Assembly: GCA_043823065.1 (NCBI GenBank)
Contig: JBDRBB010000001.1
Span: 32,001-96,000 of the forward strand
Source: Pseudomonadota bacterium
Lineage (GTDB): Bacteria; UBA10199; 2-02-FULL-44-16; DYJF01
Length of the DNA stretch: 64,000 nt
Direction of reading: 5' to 3'
Both the position numbers and the translations under genes were made by a program. This document shows positions 11,023 to 20,002 of the stretch, in pieces. Numbering within the stretch: position 1 is the first letter of the stretch; the number at the start of each line of letters is the position of its first letter. The notes beneath the pieces are model-generated. The model was given only the letters and a program-made list of their open reading frames with translations. It was not told the origin of the DNA and ran no database searches.

Positions 11023-11865
11023 ATGCATATTTTTGACGATAACAAGCCAGAGTTGTTTCCCTACTTATTAGCATCCATATTGTTGCATATTTTATTGGTA
11101 GGTACTTTTACCAGTGGTTTAATCGATATTAAATTACCTGAATTAAAAGAAGAAGTGCTAGAAGTTATTCCTTTAACAGATGATGGTGGGCAATATCGTA
11201 TAGCTGATATAGACAGGCCAAGTGTAGAGAAAAGACCGGATAAAGCGCGTTTTTTGGGCAGCTATGATAGCAGTGTGGAAAAAGAAATTGTAGCGATGAC
11301 TCGCCGTAAAGGAAGCCCAGACGGAGCAAAAACTCCTAAAAAATCAGACGGACTAAAAAGATCACTTAAAGCAAAGAAGGGTAGTGAAGGCTCAATTTAT
11401 AATTTTGAGCACGAACTTTTTGCTATGAAGGCTCCTGCCGAGAGTCTAAAAACAGAGGAATCATCTAGCCAAGTTGCAGGCTCTGAAGCTCTGGAAGATT
11501 TTTATCCAGATTACACCATTGGTCCGCATACTTACTTAAATGTGCTGCGCTATCCAGATATAGATTATTTTGTGCGTATGAAGCGTCAATTCAAGATGAC
11601 TTTTAATCCAATTCCATCTTTAAAACAGCATTTTTCTGGAAATCAAGTGGCTCAAGGCACTGTAAATGTTGTTTTAGCTGTTAGTGTAGAAGGTGGTGGT
11701 AATATTTCTGAATTGTTTGTTATTCAGAGTTCCGGGATACCTACCTATGATCAAGAGGCTTTGCGAACTGTGCGTGCTTCTTCACCATTTGCTTCACCTC
11801 CTGAAAAATTTTTGGAAGATGACGGCATTTTGCGCATGAGTTGGACCTTTACCGTGTATTTATAA
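11023..11865 (+). CDS. TonB/TolA C-terminal domain membrane protein
   Basis: N-terminal TM with SILLH (SxxxH); C-terminal SSG..YDQEAL..VRASSPF..PP. Confidence 0.8.
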   Translation: MHIFDDNKPELFPYLLASILLHILLVGTFTSGLIDIKLPELKEEVLEVIPLTDDGGQYRIADIDRPSVEKRPDKARFLGSYDSSVEKEIVAMTRRKGSPDGAKTPKKSDGLKRSLKAKKGSEGSIYNFEHELFAMKAPAESLKTEESSSQVAGSEALEDFYPDYTIGPHTYLNVLRYPDIDYFVRMKRQFKMTFNPIPSLKQHFSGNQVAQGTVNVVLAVSVEGGGNISELFVIQSSGIPTYDQEALRTVRASSPFASPPEKFLEDDGILRMSWTFTVYL

Positions 11866-11910
11866 ATTAATTATTCACCTAGTATTTAATCGTTCTCAGG
11901 AGGAGGAAAA

Positions 11911-13362
11911 ATGTCAATCTATCTTATTGTGGTTATTGCCTATCTAGTTCTTATGGTGGCTGTAAGTATTTGGCGCAGTTTAGGTGTTAAAGATCAGAAA
12001 GATTTTATGGTTGGTGGCCGCGAGGTCTCCACTTTTCTCATGGTTACCACTTTAGTGGCAACTTGGACTGGCGCAGGCAGCCTTATTGGCGGAGCTGGTT
12101 TGGCCTATAGGCAGGGTTTTTCTGAATTGTGGATGTCAGTTGGCGCCTGGGTAGCAATCTTAATTGTCTATAAACTTGCTGCCAGAGTACGCCATATCGC
12201 AGAATATACTTTGCCAGATATTTTGGAAGATCGTTATAATGCTGCAGCCAGAGTTTTAGGGTCTCTTGCACTGATCATTGGTTGTACAACCATTGTTGGC
12301 TATCAACTCAAGGGTGGTGGCATGGTTTTGGAAATGGTTGCTGGTATTCCCAGGGAAAAAGGTATTTTGATGATGGGTGTCGCGGTTATTGTTTTGACCT
12401 CTCTAGCTGGCATGAAATCCATTGTTTCTCTAGATTTGATGAATGGTTTGCTAATCATAGTTGCTTTGTTAGTAGCTCTGCCTATCATCTTTTTTGACGT
12501 TGGTGGTTTGCCAGCCATGAAAGCAGCACTTCCTGAAAGCCATTTTTCCTTATTAGGTGGACATAGTGCAATTTGGGCTGCTGCTGTTTTTCTTCCAGTC
12601 TTTTTCCTTTTGCTGGGCGAACCATCTATGTATCAAAAATTCTTTTCCACTAAAGATGAAAGATCAGCAAAAAAAGCTGTGATTGGTTGGATCATTGGTA
12701 TCATAATTGTGGATGTAATCATTTGTACCCTCGGAGTTTTAGGCCGAGTAAAATTTCCAGAACTAGGCGCTCAGGGTGAAGCAGAAAGAGTAATTTTTGA
12801 TTTAGCGCGCTTTGGTTTGCCTCAGTGGGCTGGTTGCCTATTACTGGCTGGTTCAATTGCCATTGTTTTTTCTACAGCAAACTCATTTTTATTAGCTCCA
12901 GCTACAAATTTAACCCATGATATTTTGCAGCGTTTTGTGTTTAAGAATGCCAGTCAAAAAACTATTGTTATTATTAATCGGCTGACAATTGTAGGTTTGG
13001 GCATCACTGCTTATGTCTTACTTACTTATTTCCGAAATGTTCTAACTATGGCTCTAACCGCCTATACCATGATTGGTGCTGGTTTAACCCCGGCAATTCT
13101 TGCTGCATTTTTTTGGAAGAGGGTAACTGTGGCAGGCGGTGTGGCGTCAATTGTTGGCGGAATTAGCGGCACTATTGCCACTAAAATAATTTTTGACCTT
13201 AAAGGAGTTCAGGACTTGTTTATGCAAAAATTTAACGTACCAGGTGCGGAGCTGGGCGAATATATAATTATTCCAGCATTCTTTTTAGCAGCAATCTTGC
13301 TGATTGTGGTTTCCTTGCTTGGTCAAAAACCAGCCCCAGAAAAATGGAAAAAATTCTTTTAA
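11911..13362 (+). CDS. Sodium:solute symporter family protein
   Basis: Many TM helices; DFMVGGR, TLPDILEDRY, YQKFFS motifs; SD aggagg. Confidence 0.92.
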   Translation: MSIYLIVVIAYLVLMVAVSIWRSLGVKDQKDFMVGGREVSTFLMVTTLVATWTGAGSLIGGAGLAYRQGFSELWMSVGAWVAILIVYKLAARVRHIAEYTLPDILEDRYNAAARVLGSLALIIGCTTIVGYQLKGGGMVLEMVAGIPREKGILMMGVAVIVLTSLAGMKSIVSLDLMNGLLIIVALLVALPIIFFDVGGLPAMKAALPESHFSLLGGHSAIWAAAVFLPVFFLLLGEPSMYQKFFSTKDERSAKKAVIGWIIGIIIVDVIICTLGVLGRVKFPELGAQGEAERVIFDLARFGLPQWAGCLLLAGSIAIVFSTANSFLLAPATNLTHDILQRFVFKNASQKTIVIINRLTIVGLGITAYVLLTYFRNVLTMALTAYTMIGAGLTPAILAAFFWKRVTVAGGVASIVGGISGTIATKIIFDLKGVQDLFMQKFNVPGAELGEYIIIPAFFLAAILLIVVSLLGQKPAPEKWKKFF

Positions 13363-14844
13363 TTATTTTTTGAGGCAAGGCTCGCGCGCGGCTTTAACTT
13401 CATCTAAGCGAGCACGAAAGGTTTTGTGAGGGGCATTTTTAACGAGCTCTGGATTGTTTTTTGCCTCTTCAGCAATAGCTAGCATGGCTTCACAAAAACT
13501 ATCTAGGAGCTGCTTATTTTCTGTTTCTGTTGGCTCAATCATCAGCGCTCCAGGCACAATTAATGGAAAGTAAACTGTAGGCGGATGAAAACCATAATCC
13601 ATTAGGCGTTTCGCAATATCCAAAGTTTTGATTCCATACTCGTTTTGAATTTTGTCAGAAAAAACGCATTCATGAAGCACATGATCGTTGTAAGGAAGAT
13701 GATAGGCATTTTTTAAGCGAGCTCTTATATAATTAGCATTAAGCACAGCTAATTCAGTTGCTCTTTGCAGACCAGCGCTGCCCAATTCTTTTAGATAAAC
13801 ATAGGCACGTACTAAAACACTAAAGTTGCCATAAAAAGATTTGATGCGGCCAATTGATTGAGAAGCAGTCTCAAGCTTAAAATTCCCTTTGTTGTCTTTC
13901 ACCACTATTGGATTAGGTAAAAAAGGTTCAAGTATTTTTTTAACTCCAACTGGGCCAGCACCAGGACCTCCGCCACCATGGGGAGTGCCAAAGGTTTTGT
14001 GCAGATTAAAATGCATTACATCACAACCAATTTCACCTAAACGGACATAACCCATAAGTGCATTTAGATTAGCGCCATCGCAATATACTAGGCCACCTTT
14101 GTCATGAACAATTTTGGCGATTTCTCCAAAATGTTTTTCAAAAACTCCCAGAGTATTGGGGTTGGTAATCATAATTGCCGCAACTTCTTCATCCATTACA
14201 GCAGCAACATGTTCTGGATCTAAAACCCCTTCTTCATTAGACTTAATTTGTACAACTTGATAACCGCAAAGTGCAGCAGAAGCCGGATTAGTGCCATGAG
14301 CGCTATCAGGTATAATTACTTTTTGGCGCGAATTTCCTTGAGAAGTATGGTAAGCACGAATCATCAACATGCCTGTTAGTTCACCGTGCGAACCTGCAGC
14401 AGGCCACAAAGTTACTGCATCCATGCCGCCAATATCAGCTAGCATAGTTTGTAAATCAAAAAGCAGTTCTAAATTGCCTTGAACCGAAGTTGCATCTTGA
14501 TAAGGATGGGTTTTAGTGAAACCGCAAAAGCTGGCCACTTGTGAGGCTACCTTTGGATTGTGTTTCATGGTACAGGAGCCTAAAGGATAAAACCCTAAGT
14601 CTTTGCTATAATTATAGGTAGAAAGTCTGGTAAAATGCCTGGTAACATCAACTTCAGATAACTCTGGCAGATTAGGCGCGCCTTCTCGCCATAGAGAAGC
14701 GCCCAAAATATTTTTAGCATCAATATTTGGTACGTCACCTTTACCAAAATCAAAGCCGACGCGGCCAGCCTGGCTTTGTTCAAATATAGTGGGTTCTTCT
14801 AAACCTAAATTGCAATTTGCATTTTTGTTTGAGTTGTCTTTCAT
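13363..14844 (-). CDS. gcvPB: Glycine dehydrogenase subunit 2
   Basis: PLGSCTMK, HGTNPASA, HFNLHKTFGTPHGGGGPG. Confidence 0.97.
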   Translation of the reverse strand: MKDNSNKNANCNLGLEEPTIFEQSQAGRVGFDFGKGDVPNIDAKNILGASLWREGAPNLPELSEVDVTRHFTRLSTYNYSKDLGFYPLGSCTMKHNPKVASQVASFCGFTKTHPYQDATSVQGNLELLFDLQTMLADIGGMDAVTLWPAAGSHGELTGMLMIRAYHTSQGNSRQKVIIPDSAHGTNPASAALCGYQVVQIKSNEEGVLDPEHVAAVMDEEVAAIMITNPNTLGVFEKHFGEIAKIVHDKGGLVYCDGANLNALMGYVRLGEIGCDVMHFNLHKTFGTPHGGGGPGAGPVGVKKILEPFLPNPIVVKDNKGNFKLETASQSIGRIKSFYGNFSVLVRAYVYLKELGSAGLQRATELAVLNANYIRARLKNAYHLPYNDHVLHECVFSDKIQNEYGIKTLDIAKRLMDYGFHPPTVYFPLIVPGALMIEPTETENKQLLDSFCEAMLAIAEEAKNNPELVKNAPHKTFRARLDEVKAAREPCLKK

Positions 14845-16190
14845 AATTTTCTTGCAAGTAAATCAATTTCCTCTTTAGTGTTCATTTCAGTTACGCAAAC
14901 AAGTAAGCAATTTGCTAAATTTTTGTGCCATCTTCCTAAGTCAACACCAGCAAAAATGTTATCCTTGGCCAGTTCAGCTACAACTTCATTAGCAGGACGA
15001 TTAAGTTCTAAAGTAAACTCATTAAATGTTGGGGAAGCGAATTTAAGCTTCACGTTTTTGTTTTTTGCCAAAACCTGTTTGGCATATTCAGCTTTGTTAA
15101 AATTGAGTTCAGCTAGTTGACGAAAACCAGTTTTGCCCAGAAGCGATAGATAAATAGCTGCTGTTGTGGCGCACCAAGCTTGGTTAGAGCAGATGTTGGA
15201 AGTGGCTTTTTCCCGCCTAATATGCTGTTCCCTGGTGGACATAGTTAGAACATATCCGCGTTTGCCATTTGTATCTGTGGTTTGGCCGCAAATTCTACCA
15301 GGCATATTGCGCACAAATTGTTCTTTAGCAGTAAAAATACCTAAAGTTGGTCCGCCAAAATTTAGGGGCAAACCAAAAGACAGACCTTCGCCAACCGCAA
15401 TGTCTGCATCCCAGCTCCCTGGTGGATTTAATAAACCCAAGGCTAAAGGTTCGCTAACTACAGCAATCAAAAGTCCGCCAGCTTTGTGCACCATATCTGC
15501 TACATCTTTGAAGTTTTCTATAGTGCCAAAAAAATTGGGATATTGAACAACCACAGCTGCCAAATCCTCATTTAATAAATCTTTTAGAGCTGCGCGGTTT
15601 AAACAACCATTGTTAGATGGGATGATTTTTATTGACTGGATTGCTTCGTCGCCATGCTCCTCGCAATGACAGCAGGTTGTTTTTACTACTTCAATATATT
15701 CAGGGTGCAAGTTATCAGGCAGACAAATAGTTTTTCTATTTCGGCCAACTCTTTTAGCCATTAAAACAGCTTCTGCAACAGAGGTGGCAGCATCATAATT
15801 AGAGGCGTTGCAGACATCCATTTCAAAGATGCGGCACATCAAAGATTGATATTCAAAAATAACCTGCAGCGTTCCCTGGCTTATTTCTGGCTGATAAGGG
15901 GTATAAGGAGTAACAAATTCAGAGCGGTTAGCAAGTTCCGTAACCGCTGCTGGAATATAATGTCGATAAGCACCAGCGCCTAAAAAGGAAACAGCCTGCG
16001 CAATATTTTTTTTGCTTAAGTTGTTTAAGTCGCGAATAAGCTCAGGTTCGCCTAAGCTTGGTCCTGTTTGCAAAAAAGTTTTGGTTCTAAGTTTAGTTGG
16101 AATGCAGGCAAAAAGATCTTCAATTTTGCCGGCTCCGATTGTGGCCAGCATTTCTTTGATTTCTTTATCAGTATGCGGAAAATAGCGCAT
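14841..16190 (-). CDS. gcvPA: Glycine dehydrogenase subunit 1, with in-frame palindromic repeat insert
   Basis: FLGAGAY, YTPYQPEISQGTLQ, TREQHIRREKATSNIC. Confidence 0.97.
   Translation of the reverse strand: MRYFPHTDKEIKEMLATIGAGKIEDLFACIPTKLRTKTFLQTGPSLGEPELIRDLNNLSKKNIAQAVSFLGAGAYRHYIPAAVTELANRSEFVTPYTPYQPEISQGTLQVIFEYQSLMCRIFEMDVCNASNYDAATSVAEAVLMAKRVGRNRKTICLPDNLHPEYIEVVKTTCCHCEEHGDEAIQSIKIIPSNNGCLNRAALKDLLNEDLAAVVVQYPNFFGTIENFKDVADMVHKAGGLLIAVVSEPLALGLLNPPGSWDADIAVGEGLSFGLPLNFGGPTLGIFTAKEQFVRNMPGRICGQTTDTNGKRGYVLTMSTREQHIRREKATSNICSNQAWCATTAAIYLSLLGKTGFRQLAELNFNKAEYAKQVLAKNKNVKLKFASPTFNEFTLELNRPANEVVAELAKDNIFAGVDLGRWHKNLANCLLVCVTEMNTKEEIDLLARKL
15636..15671 (-). repeat. Family C palindromic element (tgtcattgcgag...cgaagcaatc) in frame in gcvPA
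   Basis: Matches copies at 30924, 36078, 60894; encodes CHCEEHGDEAIQ. Confidence 0.85.
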
Positions 16191-16193
16191 GCT

Positions 16194-16583
16194 TTAGCCA
16201 GCTTCCTCTGTCACATATTTTTTGTAAGTAGCAGGGCTCAAAAGTTTAGATACTTCATCACTATTAGATATTTCTAACTTGATCATCCAGCCTTCATCAT
16301 AAGGGGATTCATTGATGATTGCTGGGTTATCAGTCAGGCTATCATTAATATCAACAACTTTTCCAGAAAGAGGAGTTAAACAATCAGAAACAGATTTCAC
16401 AGATTCTACTACTCCAAAAGTTTCTTCTTTATGAAATTCATGCTCTTTGCCTGGCAGATCAACAAATACTATGTCGCCTAATTGTTCTTGGGCATAATCT
16501 GTGATGCCAATGGTGGCGACTTTGCCGTCTAGTAAAATCCACTCATGTTCTTTAGTGTATAAAAGGTTGTCAGGAATTTCCAT
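16194..16583 (-). CDS. gcvH: Glycine cleavage system H protein
   Basis: YTKEHEW, GITDYAQEQLGDIVFV, VESVKSVSD lipoyl-Lys motif. Confidence 0.97.
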   Translation of the reverse strand: MEIPDNLLYTKEHEWILLDGKVATIGITDYAQEQLGDIVFVDLPGKEHEFHKEETFGVVESVKSVSDCLTPLSGKVVDINDSLTDNPAIINESPYDEGWMIKLEISNSDEVSKLLSPATYKKYVTEEAG

Positions 16584-16601
16584 TTTTCCTCCCCTAGTTG
16601 G

Positions 16602-17693
16602 TTATTGGTGCGAATAAAACGGTGTTTTAACCACTACTGCTTCTCTAAGAGCGCCTCTAATGTCAATCAAAATTTTATTTTCAAGTTTGGCCTGATCAAC
16701 TGGTACATAACCAATACCAATTGCCTCTTTTAGTGATGGCGACATAGTGCCGCTGGTTACTACGCCTACTTTTTGATCAGCAATAAAAATTGGGCAACCT
16801 TCCCGCGGAATGCCGCGCTCCAGCATTTTAAAACCAATTAATTTTCGAGAAAGACCTTGCTCTTTAATTTTCCGCAGAGCTTGCTTGCCTATAAAGTCAT
16901 TGGTCTTATCTAATTTGACAACCCAACCCAAGCCAGCTTCCAAAGGGTTAGTTTGATCTGTGATTTCGTGACCATAAAGACTATATTTCATTTCTAAACG
17001 TAAGGTATCACGCGCACCCAAGCCAACAGGCAAGACTCCTAGGGGTTTGCCTTTTTCTAAAATAGCTTGCCAGATAGCTGGTGCAGCTTCTGGCGCGCAA
17101 AAAATTTCATAACCTGGTTCGCCAGTATAACCAGTGCGTGCAATCACGCAGTTTGCTTGCCCAGCAATACTGTTTTGTGCAAAGTGAAAAGGAGGCAGGT
17201 TTTCAAGTTTGACATCTGTCAAAGTTTGCAAAACTTCTTTGGCTTTAGGCCCTTGAAAAGCTAGAAGCGCAAAATCATTGCCGCGATCAGTTATTAAGGC
17301 CTTAAATTTATTATTCTGCCTCACCCAATTAAAATCTTTTTGGGCATTTGAGGCATTGACCACCATGATAAATCTTTCAGGATCAAAGCAATAAACAATA
17401 ATATCATCAACTACAGTGCCTTGTTCATTTAACAAAATGGAATACTGAGCCTGGCCAGGTTTAAGCTTGGCCGCATCGTTTGTGGTTAAATAATTAACAG
17501 TTTCCAAAGCAGAAGGGCCGCTAAATTCAATTTCTCCCATGTGCGAGACATCAAACAGCCCGGCGCTAGTGCGCACTGCATTGTGTTCATTAATAATGCC
17601 TGAATATTGAATAGGCATCTGCCAGCCGGCAAAATCTGCCATTTTGGCGCCTAGTGTTTGATGTTCAGTATAAAGAGGGGTTTTTTTAGACAT
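16602..17693 (-). CDS. gcvT: Glycine cleavage aminomethyltransferase
   Basis: GLFDVSHMG, RTGYTGE, GLGARDTLRLE; start moved to MSKKTPLY (ATG 17693, SD ggag). Confidence 0.96.
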   Translation of the reverse strand: MSKKTPLYTEHQTLGAKMADFAGWQMPIQYSGIINEHNAVRTSAGLFDVSHMGEIEFSGPSALETVNYLTTNDAAKLKPGQAQYSILLNEQGTVVDDIIVYCFDPERFIMVVNASNAQKDFNWVRQNNKFKALITDRGNDFALLAFQGPKAKEVLQTLTDVKLENLPPFHFAQNSIAGQANCVIARTGYTGEPGYEIFCAPEAAPAIWQAILEKGKPLGVLPVGLGARDTLRLEMKYSLYGHEITDQTNPLEAGLGWVVKLDKTNDFIGKQALRKIKEQGLSRKLIGFKMLERGIPREGCPIFIADQKVGVVTSGTMSPSLKEAIGIGYVPVDQAKLENKILIDIRGALREAVVVKTPFYSHQ

Positions 17694-17778
17694 ATTTTTC
17701 TCCGTTAGGCATGCTTCGTACTTCACCAAAGCAAAGGTGTCAATAATCGACTGTTGACGATTTCTATAGTTTTGTCCA

Positions 17779-18240
17779 TTGTTGTCATTGTGGGCAATGA
17801 CGATGGAGGATAATTTGAAGAAAAAGATTACCAAACAATTTTTGAGCGACAAATATGACGAGCTTTATAAAAGGGCAGATGCGATTCATAAAAAATATAA
17901 TCCTTGTCAGGTAAAAAAACGCAAGGATGATTTAACTTGTGTAGCAGGCAGAGACGGGCACAGCTATTGCACAAATGATTTGCATGAAAGTTTTTCCTGT
18001 TGCGCTAATTGCCGCTATTTAGGCGAAGCAGGTTGTTCTGTGGAAGCTATCCGCTGTAAATTCTGGTTTTGCGGCTATTTGTATGAACACGATCTTTTAG
18101 ATCCAGAAGCAAAAAAAGAATTAGAAGCTATTGTTAATGAATGCTGGGAGTATGGTTTTTTCGTCTTTCGCGGCAATAAAGAGGACAACCTTTACGAAGC
18201 TTATTATAAATTTGGTTTATTGAGAACTTTGAGATTATAG
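17779..18240 (+). CDS. Cys-rich hypothetical protein, possibly metal-binding; true start probably about 17797-17815
   Basis: Cys cluster CCANC...C...CKFWFC; fills the folD-gcvT gap; ggagg near 17804. Confidence 0.6.
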   Translation: MLSLWAMTMEDNLKKKITKQFLSDKYDELYKRADAIHKKYNPCQVKKRKDDLTCVAGRDGHSYCTNDLHESFSCCANCRYLGEAGCSVEAIRCKFWFCGYLYEHDLLDPEAKKELEAIVNECWEYGFFVFRGNKEDNLYEAYYKFGLLRTLRL

Positions 18241-19083
18241 ATTCTGGTCCCTGGCAGCTTGCAAAGTGTTCTTAAGCAACAAAGCAATGGTCATGGGGCC
18301 CACACCTTTGGGCACCGGTGTAATTGCAGCCGCGTTTTTACAAGCAGCTTCAAAATCAACATCGCCTACTAATGTGCCGTCTTCTAAGCGGTTAATTCCA
18401 ACATCAATCACCACTGCTTCTTTTTTAATCCAATCTCCTTGGACAAATTTTGGCCTACCAATGGCAGCCACTACTAAATCTGCGCTGCGCACTACCTCTG
18501 GCAAGTTCTTGGTGCGCGAATGGCAAATAGTAACTGTGGCGTGTTTTTCCAAAAGCATTAGAGCCAAAGGTTTGCCTACAATGGTGCTGCGGCCAATGAC
18601 CACTGCTTGTTTGCCGCGCAAATCATATTTAATGGAATCCAGCATTTCCAAAATACCCAAAGGAGTGCAGGGTTTCAAGCAGGGCAGGCCAATTAATAAT
18701 TTCCCCATGTTTTCAGGATGAAAGCCATCCACATCTTTGGCTGGATTGATTGCTTCAATAATAGCTTGAGTGTCAATATGGCTGGGTAGAGGGAGTTGAA
18801 TCAAGATACCATGAATATTTTTATCCTGGTTAAGTTGATGAATGAGTTTTTCTAAACTGCTTTGCGGGGAAGTGGTAGCCAATTTATATTCAAAACTATT
18901 AATGCCTATTTTTTCGCAAGCCTTTTGTTTATTTTTTACATAAATCTTTGAAGCTGGATTGTCGCCAACTAAGATAACGGCCAAACCAGGATTAATACCT
19001 TTTTCTTTTAAGCTTGCTACTTCTCTGGCTAGTTTATTTTGAATTTCTAAGCCCAGGTTTTTGCCGTCAATAATTGTGGTCAT
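18235..19083 (-). CDS. folD: Methylenetetrahydrofolate dehydrogenase/cyclohydrolase
   Basis: IIDGK, KDVDGFH, PCTP, TPVPKGVGPMT. Confidence 0.97.
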   Translation of the reverse strand: MTTIIDGKNLGLEIQNKLAREVASLKEKGINPGLAVILVGDNPASKIYVKNKQKACEKIGINSFEYKLATTSPQSSLEKLIHQLNQDKNIHGILIQLPLPSHIDTQAIIEAINPAKDVDGFHPENMGKLLIGLPCLKPCTPLGILEMLDSIKYDLRGKQAVVIGRSTIVGKPLALMLLEKHATVTICHSRTKNLPEVVRSADLVVAAIGRPKFVQGDWIKKEAVVIDVGINRLEDGTLVGDVDFEAACKNAAAITPVPKGVGPMTIALLLKNTLQAARDQNL

Positions 19084-19979
19084 GAAGTTGCCTGCACTTG
19101 ATTTCTGCCGCCTTCTTTAGCTGCGTATAAACATTGATCTGCAGCCTTGATTAAATCTTTAGGTTTTTTATATTTTTCTTTGTCCATGTTTGCCACACCC
19201 AGGCTTAGCGTGATTTTGATTTGCTTATCTTCAAAAGCCATGGGAGCTGTTTCAACTGCTTTGCGAATTCTTTCTGCCAAGCCCTTTGCTCCTTCTAAAT
19301 CAATTCCGCGTAAAATAATTGCAAATTCTTCGCCGCCGTAGCGTGCAGCAATATCTTCATGGCGAATGGTTTTTTTGATCAAGTCAGCAATATGACTTAA
19401 AGCAAGGTCGCCTGCCAAATGACCATAGGTGTCATTTACTTTTTTAAAAAAATCAATGTCGCACATGATTAAAGAAAGCGGCAAATTAGTGCGGCTAGCA
19501 TAACTAAATTCTTCATCAAACCTTTTGATAAAAGAATGTTTGCTAGCCAAGCTGGTTACTGCGTCAAAATTGGCCATTTGATAAAATTCTTCATGAAACA
19601 TTCTTTCACCAACATCGCCATAAGCGAACTTAATAACCACTGAAGCTGGAATCTGGATTTTATCACCATCTTCCAATTGATGAACTTTCACTCGTTTACC
19701 GTTTACATAGGTGCCATTGGTGCTGCCCAGGTCTTCCAAAATAGCGTTGCCATCAACTACTTTGATTTGAAAATGCTGGCGGGAAATACGGATATCCTTG
19801 ATTTGAATATCAACGCTGTCGTCACGGCCTATGACTGTTTGTTCTTGTTTTAAACACTGGAGCTTGCCTTGCAATGGCCCGGACATAAACAAAATAAAGG
19901 CTTCCCGGTCGCAGGGTTCCAGTTTTTCGATGGAAGTAATTACTGTCTTGTCAACAACATCATCTGGTTTTTTAGTCAT
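19080..19979 (-). CDS. FHA-GGDEF diguanylate cyclase (DgcB-like architecture)
   Basis: FHA IGR...ISRQH...DLGSTNGTYVN; RHED I-site followed by RYGGEEF. Confidence 0.92.
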   Translation of the reverse strand: MTKKPDDVVDKTVITSIEKLEPCDREAFILFMSGPLQGKLQCLKQEQTVIGRDDSVDIQIKDIRISRQHFQIKVVDGNAILEDLGSTNGTYVNGKRVKVHQLEDGDKIQIPASVVIKFAYGDVGERMFHEEFYQMANFDAVTSLASKHSFIKRFDEEFSYASRTNLPLSLIMCDIDFFKKVNDTYGHLAGDLALSHIADLIKKTIRHEDIAARYGGEEFAIILRGIDLEGAKGLAERIRKAVETAPMAFEDKQIKITLSLGVANMDKEKYKKPKDLIKAADQCLYAAKEGGRNQVQATS

Positions 19980-20002
19980 GGTTTTTCAATTTAGAATAAA
20001 GT

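Noticed and set aside
17694..17852. Long N-terminal extensions in the ORF track for gcvT (also rpsB, pyrH, hutH, the 56382 ORF)
   Set aside because: Downstream ATGs match family N-termini, several with SD sites; the extensions mostly run through intergenic repeats
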